This document shows, in pieces, positions 27,604 through 37,134 of a stretch of DNA of 64,000 nt. The position numbers and the translations under genes are program-made. Each line of letters starts with the position of its first letter. The stretch's first letter is position 1. Origin of the DNA: Squalus acanthias (Eukaryota); contig CM059425.1 of NCBI GenBank assembly GCA_030390025.1, positions 165,232,001-165,296,000 of the forward strand, written 5' to 3'. Under the pieces are notes generated by a model, which worked only from the letters and a program-made list of their open reading frames with translations, ran no database searches and was not told the origin of the DNA.

Positions 27604-29286
27604 AAGAAGTTGTGGTGATGGGTAAGATGGTGTTTGGAGCTCAGCTCTGAATCAAACAGAGGTCAAGGTCTCGCACTGTCTGGTTCAGCCTGAATGAATG
27701 GCTGGGGAGGAGGATGGAGTCGGTGACAAGGAACAGAGTTTATGGTGGTGGCCAAAAACAATGATAAAACGCATTGTTACTTCTGGACTATTTCAGACAC
27801 AGCATGCATAATAGCTTTGGTTTTGGTTCACAGGAGAGTTAAGGCTTGATTTTAACATCAGGCATCAAACAGGCGAGCAGTGGGCAGAATGCTCGCCTCT
27901 TCCTGCTGGCAAGTGGCCCAAGCCATAAATATAAATGCTTAATTGTATAACTAATTTATATTAGTCATCGTAACCTTAAATTGAGATGCACTGCAGCGTG
28001 GTGATAATGGGTCGGATTTTTAAAAAAGTTTTTTATAAAGCATTTTCAGATGCAGTAATACAGTTTTTGTAAAGAGCTGTGACCTGTTAGAGATTAAATA
28101 AAGCCACTAATGAGGTTTATAAACAAACTGTCAATCTATATTGGTTTATGTTTGGGAAAAAAAAGCAACTCATAATTTCTTACCAAATCTCATGATTTTT
28201 ACAAGTTTGTCTCATGATTTATGAAATGGTGGGGTTGGCATTACTGCTTTTGTAATGATGGATACCAAACTGCTTTGATCATAAATTGAAGTATTTGGGT
28301 CCTCAGCACTAGAAAATCCCCCGTTTTTATTTTTGCATAGATACTAAGGCCTTTTATACAGTTACAAATGTCTTTTATACAGATACTAAAGTCTTTTGCT
28401 GACCCAACTATGCTTCAAAGAAACTTTGATTAATGTCATAACGTTGGGTGACTTACTGTTGATGAGTTTTGTTTGTGATCAAAAACAGATTTTGTTGGTT
28501 ATTGTATTTTTGGGTTTTTACTCTGAATATTTTTCTTGAGTCTGTTGTCTCTCATAGCTGAACCCTTGCTCGCTATGATGTAGAGTGTGCCTTTACCTGT
28601 CCAACATCTAGGCAATTTTTAGCAAATCAGGGGTTGATCAGAAAACCCTTGTTACTGTATTTTGTTCACTTGCCTTCATGTCCTCAACTTTGGAAGGTGA
28701 GGCATAAACACTTTACTGGACCATCATTAGAACTTTTTTCTTCATTTCAGGTCGCAACTCTTGGATGCCAACCTATCTACCTGATTCAGAGAATTCCTTT
28801 AATTTTGCTTCTAATTCCCACCCTTCCTTAGCTTTATGAGGTTCATCTCTGACTCTTCCCTCCCTGAACTCTCTCTCTCTCTCTCTCTCTGAGAATGGGC
28901 TTTCAACCGACATCTATTATAAGCCCACCGATTCACTTCTTCCCATTCCGAATCCTATAAGGACTTCATTCCCTTCTCCCAGTTTCTCTATCACCGTACA
29001 TCTGCTCTAACGATGCCACCTTTTACAACAGAGCTTCCAAAATGTCCTTCTTTTGCCCCAGCCGAGGATTCCCCTCCATCATTGTGGACAGAATCCTTCA
29101 CTGGGTCAGAACCATTTTCCATGGTTCTGGCCTCACCCACCCCCATTATGAATATTATCCTTATCTTCCAGCCCACTAACCTCTGCATTCTACAATTCAA
29201 CTTCTGCCATCTCTACCACCTCCAGCATAATCCCACCACCAAATGGTATCTTCCCTTCCCTTCCACCTTCCATTGTTTCCTTCTTG

Positions 29287-30944
29287 TGTAGAATTCGCAA
29301 AATTATCACGATTTTATAAATAAGAAGGAGACATATAGTTTCGTACAAACAGCTTTATTTCAGCAGAATGCTGTCAGGTTTTCAAAGTGGACACAAACAG
29401 CCTGTAAAATGGCCGCCACGCCTCGTGGCAGAACGTTCTAGACTTTCAATGAGCAGACAAGATGGCGTTCCAATAAACATTTATGCGAGATCGTACAAGA
29501 CTCAGCACATTTGAGATAATTGACAAGACATAATGGGTTTGCATTTTATACATAAATACTGGAATCGGTCTCCCAGGTGCGAATAAGGGCTATTGTACCG
29601 AGCAATCAAGAACCCATCCAAAGACATTAATATGCAAAATCCCCACGACTCTACGATGAGAGAGCCGTTTGCGGGTAGTTACAGAAAACATTTGGAAGCC
29701 CCAAAACCCCTCCAGGGAGAATACTGACCGGTTCCACAATGGGAGAAGTATTAACGGGTACTCAGACAGTTACAAGTATCACCGAAACCCATTAAACGGA
29801 GATCACCCTATACAAGAAGTTTGAGCGCCAAAACCCTGACAAAAGAAAGACATTAAGATTGGGCGGGGAAAGAGGAATTACAGCACTATAACTGTAAGGT
29901 ACAACCGTCCATCTGTCTCTTGTTGCTCTTGCCTCTTGACTCCTTGCCGCTTGCCTCGTGCCTCTGCCTCTTGACTTGCTGGAAGACTATTGAACTTTTA
30001 TTCTCTTGCCTGACGGCTCTGGACTCTGATCCGCCAGGATCAACCTCGTGGCTTGCCGCGAAGATCTGTGTAGAACTGGGCTGTGAGGCCTTGAAACGGG
30101 CACACCATCCCGAGAAGTCGGTAAACGGTGTTGGAACCGAAGGCCCGAGATGAGATGAGATGAGATGAGATGAGATGAGAAGAGAAGAAGACGACAATAC
30201 GTATCGCCACGGTCAGTAAGCCCCGACCGCGCCTGTAAGTCGAATAAACACTTTTCCTTGCCCAGGAAGACCATTCTTCGAATTTTATCGCATCGGTGTA
30301 AGGGCACAGGAAGACTCTTTTTTGAGTAGTGTCGGAACTCCGAGGACAACACAGATCTTCATGACAGCAGACGGTCCAGCCTGCTAGCCGGAGCAGAGAC
30401 GAGTAAACAAGTGGGGTACAGAGACCCCTGATCAACACGTGGGTAGTCAGGTGCTGCAGGAAAAACATCCGAGCAGAGTTTCGGGATTCTCCGAGTTATC
30501 ACGAGTGGTGAGCATGAGTCTCGATCCTACAAATCTAGTTTAGGACAGGTATTGATAGGGGAGGGTTTAAGTTTTAAGGATAATTGTAATGTGTGCCCCA
30601 TTTTACGATGTGTCGTGCGCTCCTCGTTTCCCTAAAATTAGTTACATAACTGCGTGTAAGATTGTACTGTCATTAATCTGTGCTTATGACATGTATTTCG
30701 TAATCTTGAATAATATGCAATAAAGATTTTTCCATTTCGCACTATTCAACCGGGTCTACCTGAGTTTTCTCTGCATTATTGCTCTCGCACCTAAGTCCAG
30801 TGTCAGAACCGTAAGGGCGAGTGGGTCGAACCACTCACAGGTGTCTAGTGTTACCAGGCTGGCTGGAGACCAGAACAGGCAACAAGGCCTAACCTCGCAC
30901 TAGCACCCAGGCTAAGCACAGAGCCACAGGTCTCACCCCTTACA
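29287..30944 (+). repeat. 5' LTR (1658 bp)
   Basis: TGTA...TACA termini. By eye it differs from the 3' LTR by about 6 substitutions, a 16-bp indel and one GAGAT unit. ATTGG/GC box ~29858-29868, TATAA ~29887, AATAAA at 30243 and 30719. Confidence 0.95.
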
Positions 30945-30948
30945 GAAA

Positions 30949-32754
30949 ATGGCGACCGCGGCAGGACACTGGCAGCGAGAAAATAATGTGTTAGACCCTG
31001 GTATGAATGGGCGAAATGTCATGGAAGAGAGAATAGCAGATTATGTGTTTGGAAAAGTGAATTTGACCAAGAAATGGATAAGTGACCTGCTGGTGGATAA
31101 GCGTCCACTAGAGGCAGCCGAGAGGTGGACAGATAGCAAGGAACATAAAAAAACAGTGGAGAAAGCGGTCTGGCTGATGTGCTATAAAAGACAAGTCCAA
31201 ATTTCGGACCAGGTCATCTTAGCGCAGGCAGCTCAGATCAAGAGTTTAGAGGTGGAAATGGACGAGAAGGTCGCGGGGGGGCAGCAGCTCATCGCGACTT
31301 TAAATGCGTTGCATCAAGAACGCCAGTTAGTCGCCAACCACCATGAGGCAAAAATAGATTACCTCGAGTGCCAGGTCACTGAGGCAAAGTTAAATGAGGG
31401 CAGATTAAAGGAACGATGTGCCCGCCTAGCTGCCCAAATAAAAGTCCAGGAAGAGAGCTTAACGGGGGTTAGGGCAGCATATAAGATGGCCCTCGAGGAT
31501 AAATTTCAGGGGGCCGATCACAGTGTCTGCCAAAAGGAGATAGGGAACCTTAAAGAGGCCCTGAACAAAGAGCACGGCATGGTGTGCCTTATCAGCCCAT
31601 CAGCACACCAGCCGCTAGTGGATGAGGGATTTCAGAAATCCCCACCGAACAAAGCAGAGGAGGTATTAGCCACTGTGCCCTCCGCGCCACCCAGCTATTC
31701 GGCAACCTGGGTGAGGGAGGAAGTGGTAGAAGTAGAGAAAGAGCCCACTGAGGTAGAAGTGAAGCCGGGACCGTTGTGTCCGGTCACGGGTATCAAAAGG
31801 GGCCCGAACAGAGACGGTGGGGAAGAGGGGGATCTCCTCAACCAGCTTGTGTTGCCTCACAGCTCACACCAGCTGAGGGTTATGATCAGTCACGTACGGA
31901 AGCTGGCCGAGTCAGACGACCCTTCCGTACATTTCAGGGAAGTAGAGCAAACCGCAGCCATTAACGGCTGCGACGATGGGGAAAAAGCAAAAATGCTGTT
32001 AGTCTCATTAGACAGCTCGATCCTTCAGTGTCTCTCAGACGAGAGCAAGAGGGGAACTTATACCTATGGGGAGCTAAGAGATGAGGTCCTAGAAGTGTTG
32101 GGAATGGACGATGAAGGTCCGTTCGTTAGATTGGGACGAACAGTGCAGATGGAGGGAGAACCCCCGAAGGTTTTCGCCGACAGGCTGTGGCCAGTATACC
32201 AGCGTAGCTGCCCAGGCGCGCCAGCGCGTCACCGCATAGACGGTGCCAGTTTAACTCATTGGCTCAGGTGTATAGTAACCAACAGTTTGCCAGCCGTCAG
32301 GGAGCAGGCAAAAGCGTGGTTTGATCCCACTAACCCCGCCACTACGGAGGAGTCGGTCCTAAATCGACTCACGGTAGGGTACCGTAATACCAGGAGTACG
32401 GGAGCACGTCCCCTTAAGGGAAAGGTGCATGAGGCACGACCCGCAGCCCCGGCTCAAAAGGAGTGGCATCAGGAGGGTAACCGCGCCCCGCAGGCCAGTA
32501 ATGCTTGTTACGGGTGTGGGAAGACAGGGCATTGGCGCAAGAACTGCAGGAACCCTTGGAAGGAGTCCAGGGATTAAAATCCCGCAGTCCGAGCCCAGGC
32601 GCCTGTCTCCGACAGGGGAGCTAGTGCACCTATCCATCCCGATGCGATCGAATCAGTGTTGGGAGCCATGCGCACCCTCATGAGTTCGCATGGAAGGGTG
32701 GCAGTTGCTACCGGCCCCGCAGATGCCGCAGCCCCGTCCGATAGTACCCAATGA
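30949..32754 (+). CDS. gag: Gag-like polyprotein. ORF ends at TAA 32575-77 but the same frame continues to TGA 32752-54. True start may be a later ATG.
   Basis: 542-aa ORF with a long coiled coil, PSAPPSY (31678-31698), a capsid-like helical region and the CCHC knuckle CYGCGKTGHWRKNC (32506-32547). After the TAA the frame stays open for 58 codons to CAA-TGA-CTAG. Confidence 0.88.
30950..30967 (+). promoter_or_regulatory. Primer binding site, tRNA-Arg(TCG)-type
   Basis: TGGCGACCGCGGCAGGAC lies 5 nt after the 5' LTR. It is the reverse complement of the 3' end (GTCCTGCCGCGGTCG-CCA) of vertebrate tRNA-Arg(TCG), recalled from memory. Confidence 0.85.
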
Positions 32755-34026
32755 CTAGAGCCCACGCAGCCTGCCTACCTGTGTCCTTTTAAAAGACACA
32801 CACAGGAGGGGGTCTCCGGTAGGGAGGCCAGGTTAGAAGAGCAGGCCTTGCGGGAGGAGAACGCCCGCTTAATAGGGAAAGTAGACGGGCTAGAAGGGCA
32901 GCTTAGAGAGCAGGCCCTACGGGAGGAGAACGCCCGCTTAATGGGGAAAATAGACGTGCTAGAAGCACAGCTTAGGAACATGGGAAAACAGCATCAGGGC
33001 AATCGCCTGTTGCTGGAACCCCGCAAAGAGCGGGAGTGGGAAGTAGGAGACCAGGTCATGGTCAGAAACTACGCCAGAGTAGGGAGTCTGGAACCACTGT
33101 ATATGGGACCCTACAGCATTGTAGATAAGGCGAGCCCCATGGTATACGCCGTAAAGGTACCTCGGCGCACTAAGTGGTTCCACGTAAATCAGTGCAAACT
33201 GTATAAGCCGGGCGCACAAGGGCCTACCACAGGGACCAAACCTGCGAGTGGGGACTCGCAGCCCCAGGTAGGGCCACAGGGCACACAGGCAGGCAAAGCA
33301 GCTTGCATCAGGGGAGAGGACATCCTAGAAAAATGTAAGATCTTTTATTGGGGTTGGGAGTCAGATGAGGAAGAGTTCGAGGAGCTCGACGAAGATAGTG
33401 ACACAAGCGAGGAGGAGCTGGAATCGGAGGACGAAAGGGTCGCCCCCGATTCAGGTATAGGGGAGACAGGGGCTGCAGATAGAGATCCACAAAGGGTGGA
33501 GGCCGAAGCTGCAGGTCCCGAACGCAGGGGGGCGGAGCTAGGGGAGGCGGAGCCAGCCGCTGTGGTGGGACCACAGGGCGTGGCGATGGAAGCCTCAGAG
33601 CCCGAGCCGCCCGCCTTGAACGTCTTGCCCTCGAGGGAGGTAGGGACTGCGAGTGAAGGGCCGCCTACTGGGCCAAGTAGGGCGGTGACACAAGCTGCAG
33701 ATCCCGAGTTCAGGGAGGCGGAGTCAGGGGAGGCGGAGCCAGCGGCTGTGGTAGGACCACAGGTCGCCACGGTGGAAGTCTCGGGACCCGGTCCGTCGGT
33801 CCTGGAGTTCCTGCCCCCGGTAGCTCTCCGTAGGTCAAGTCGGATACCCCAGCCCAGGAAGATATGGTCAAGTCCCCAGAGTGTCCCAAGGCGTAGGTTC
33901 AAGGCTAAGGCAGCCCAGGGAGAGTCCAGTCGCAGCGCAGCAGCAACAGGCTGCAGCAGATCAAAGGGAGGGGTCAATGCCCTCCCACCGTTGGGAGAAG
34001 CCTGCGGCAGCAACCGCAGAATTTGA
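32755..34026 (+). CDS. Readthrough ORF in the pol position: leucine-zipper repeat, integrase C-terminal GPY/F (SH3-like) module and acidic/Pro-Ala tail; no PR/RT/RH/IN core
   Basis: Same frame as gag and open from 32755. Contains WEVGDQVMVRNY...LEPLYMGPYSIVDK...VYAVK...WFHVNQCKLY (33037-33204) and LRRSSR near the C-terminus. No D(S/T)G protease context, YxDD, HHCC or DDE motifs recognised. Confidence 0.75.
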   Translation, partial: LEPTQPAYLCPFKRHTQEGVSGREARLEEQALREENARLIGKVDGLEGQLREQALREENARLMGKIDVLEAQLRNMGKQHQGNRLLLEPRKEREWEVGDQVMVRNYARVGSLEPLYMGPYSIVDKASPMVYAVKVPRRTKWFHVNQCKLYKPGAQGPTTGTKPASGDSQPQVGPQGTQAGKAACIRGEDILEKCKIFYWGWESDEEEFEELDEDSDTSEEELESEDERVAPDSGIGETGAADRDPQRVEAEAAGPERRGAELGEAEPAAVVGPQGVAMEASEPEPPALNVLPSREVGTASEGPPTGPSRAVTQAADPEFREAESGEAEPAAVVGPQVATVEVSGPGPSVLEFLPPVALRRSSRIPQPRKIWSSPQSVPRRRFKAKAAQGESSRSAAATGCSRSKGGVNALPPLGEACGSNRRI

Positions 34027-34333
34027 GTAGGCCGCCCTGGGAACGGGCGGCGCTGTACAGTGATAAGTTTAGGATGAGTTTATAAGTTTATAGTTTTAAA
34101 TCAGGTTATAAGTTTATAGTTTTAAATCGGGTTAAGTCGGTAGTTTAATTTTATTCAACAGAAAGAGGTAAAATGATGGGAGTTTGTTAGAGATAGGAAT
34201 AGTTAAAGTCTATCCAGCGCACATGTCTTCTTACGTGAGGCGAGATCAGGGGACCCGCTCACCCTTCACAAAAGCCAGAGACTCTTGGGAGGCTGGCTAC
34301 CTCATTCTATCTGATCACAGGAACCAAGGAAAG

Positions 34334-36687
34334 ATGGAACGAATTCTAGTATTGCTCGCGGCAATCGGATGTGGATTGGCCTATCGAGGCCGCACCAAGG
34401 ATGTCGTGGTGTTTGGATGCTCCGGGGACACGGCCCCCATCGCGGTGGATGGGACCGGAAGGCGAGAGGCTGAGGAGACCACCACCTATTTCCACAAGGG
34501 AAGGTGGCCAGGATGGCTGGGAACGAATTCAACTGAGTATTCCAGTACATCGGGTTTTGCCTACAAAGAGACTTCTTTAATGTGCCCCAAAGTAAGGATC
34601 ATCGCACCCAGAGTCAGCGTCACCGTCGGCAAACGGATTTGTTTGACTTGTAATGGGAATGTCCCATTGAGCCGATGGTGGTGGCTACGAAAGCTGAGCA
34701 AAAACATGAGGAACTCTTCGGTCGAGTGGGAGCGACTGGGTAATAATACCCATCGGACAATTACGGGGACAAACGGACAAGTGAGAGTCTGTTGGGACAA
34801 ATGGTGGGAACCAGATGAGGGAATTTATGTATGTATGTGGGGGGTCAAAGCACGTTTGCCCCAAAGGCATCTCCATATTTTTCATCAATCAATGGCAGGA
34901 TAACGGACAGGGGATGAGGTGGGATGCGAGCACCAGGGGGTGCGGAGCCCCATACTCTCCAATCCCGGTAAATGCCACTGAACTCATTACGCGCCCACGC
35001 AAAGCCCCGCCCACGATTCTGGTGGTTCTAGCTAAGGAAGAAGGGTGCCCTAAAACCAGTAAGGGACCCGGGAATGGTTTGGTACTGGTCCCCACAGACC
35101 AGATACTATTTCAGGGGGTACATTACGCGGTGGCCTCGGTGATTTTAAATCTCACCGAGGTGCGGTTACCAGAGTGGTGCCCCAAAAAGACGGAACAGTT
35201 ATATCAGGTCCTGTTGACCAAGATGTTTAGACAATTTTATGAGTTCGATTTCGCGGAAATTGATAAAACGAGTTTGTACACCGCACCACATGAAGTTTTG
35301 GGTCAGGTGGGGAGGCAAAGAAGGGGTGTTGTGAACGACGTGTTCACTGCTTTCAATACAGGTACATCTGTGGTCAACGCTCTAGACAGCGTGGAGCTGA
35401 AGACCCAGATTAATGGCTTAAAAACGCAATTATAAAGCATTCTCACAGATGAAAATAAGATGGTTGGGTCTGGGTTACACGAGGACCAGGCCATGACTCT
35501 CCATTTAAAAGAAATAATAGCCGAACTAGAGAAACATGCGCGTACGGTAAATGCCCTGATTAGGGAAGATCGGAATGCGTCCGATCAGGCTGCGCAGAAT
35601 GAGGTGTGCGTACTTTACGGGGAGTGGTTACTGGGCGAGGGCCGCAGTAATTTGGAGGATTTAAAACAAGGTCTGGTCCCCTCCTGGATAAGTAACAAAC
35701 ACCTGCAGGCGCTCCACCCTTTTCAGAACGCATTAAACCCGTGCCAGCTCAGACTAGCTTCAGAAGCATACCCAGTCCCCGTGGACTGCGGACGATCAAA
35801 CCATACTATCATGGGTATAGTATTACGTATGCCGGTTTTGGGCGACACAACAAAGCCCGCCCCGGTGTATCGGGTAGAGAACATTGGTGTCATTCAGGGG
35901 GGAGCCCACATTCGCTATGCAGCGGTTCCACCTTACGTCATCCGCTGGGAGCAAACGATGACAGGTACAGATCTCTCTGGTTGTCGTGGCCGGGGAGCAC
36001 ACATAATACTGTGTCCCCAGCACTTGAATGCCTTTTTAACACCACAGTGCGGGTTCAGAACGGCTGGCGCCAAGCCCATGAATTGCACCATGGAGGCAAT
36101 GGCACAAGATCATGTGCCGCCGCAGGTAGCATACATCGGGGGTGGAACATATTGTGTTACCACTGCAGCGCAACACTACCAACATGGAAACCATAGCCGG
36201 TGTCCGGTGAGTGACAGCAGTTTCTGTTTTAAACCCAGGGCGGAAGTTCAAGTAGCACAACAGCGAATTGTCCCGATCCCTGAACCATCCACGGTTCATC
36301 TTACCGTAAAAGAGAACTTCACCGACCTGCAGCGATTCGTCGCGCATTTCGGATACCTCATTCCCCCTCTCCCTGAACACCTCACCAAGCTTTTGAAAGC
36401 CGTCGCGGTATCGCAAAAAACATTTTTACACCCTAGAACAAAAGACTGTCGAGATAGGGACAGAAATTCTGGACATAGTAATTCCACCGTGGTGGAATCT
36501 GTTCACCAACATTGAAGTGCCTTCCTGGATTAGAATAGCCTCCCACATTTTAGTTGTATGCCAAGTGTTTATTGTGATATACTTATTGGTCGTGCATTGT
36601 AAGAGAGGCAAACGCCTCACCAAGAACGAAAACACGGGAGAGTGGCGAGAACATTACGTGCGCGTGCACGATGAAAGCACCGCGTAA
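34334..36687 (+). pseudogene. env: Envelope glycoprotein (class I fusion, Mononegavirales F-like, N-terminal Ig-like domain) with three lesions
   Basis: Signal peptide MERILVLLAAIGCGLA; Ig-like LTC..WWWLRK..DEGIYVC; furin site RQRR (35313-35324) followed by a fusion-peptide-like GVVNDVFTAFNTGTSVVNAL and a heptad repeat; Cys-rich region; WWNLF..W then TM IASHILVVCQVFIVIYLLVV and a tail. Lesions: 4-nt ATGT duplication ~34831, TAA 35433-35435, +1 nt ~36425. Confidence 0.85.
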
Positions 36688-37122
36688 ACAGACAAAATGG
36701 CGTCACTCACGTTTTCCACGTGCGCCTCGGAAGTGTTGTAATCGATCGTGATTTTTCTCAGAAACTGTAATTAAGTTTGGAACTCTACATGTTTAAGAGT
36801 TGGTTTTGATTATTTTTTGTTTGGTGTTGTTGAATATGATTGTTTGGTTTTGTTTTGTTTTCTTTTTCCTTGAATAAAAGATATGCATATGCAGGTGGTG
36901 CGAGAGGCATCGGCCTGGTTACACCTGGAAGGAAAATACAAGTGGTGTAAGTTAAAGGCAAATGCTGCCTGCGGTGTTATAAGAATGTAGTTTTTCCTGG
37001 GAAATAAGGACGACACAGAGACCCCAGATAGTTTTAAGTTATGGGAATTTCTAGATGTGGAGAATCGAGATAATATTGCTCACCACTATATTTTTGATAC
37101 GATAAGCGGAGTTATTCGCATC

Positions 37123-37134
37123 AACAGGAGGGAC
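37123..37134 (+). promoter_or_regulatory. Polypurine tract
   Basis: AACAGGAGGGAC immediately precedes the TGTA of the 3' LTR. Confidence 0.7.

Noticed and set aside
29886..30468. Antisense ORFs in the LTRs (SSHLISSHLI peptides; also 37804-38327) as an HBZ-like gene
   Set aside because: They rely on non-ATG starts and the (GAGAT)n microsatellite, and the frames differ between the two LTRs.
33345..34013. 222-aa antisense ORF within the readthrough ORF
   Set aside because: Shadow frame of GC-rich low-complexity coding sequence, with no motifs.
34075..34135. Two tandem copies of tataagtttatagttttaaatc(a/g)ggt
   Set aside because: A simple local duplication in the spacer before env; not a CRISPR-like array and no evident function.
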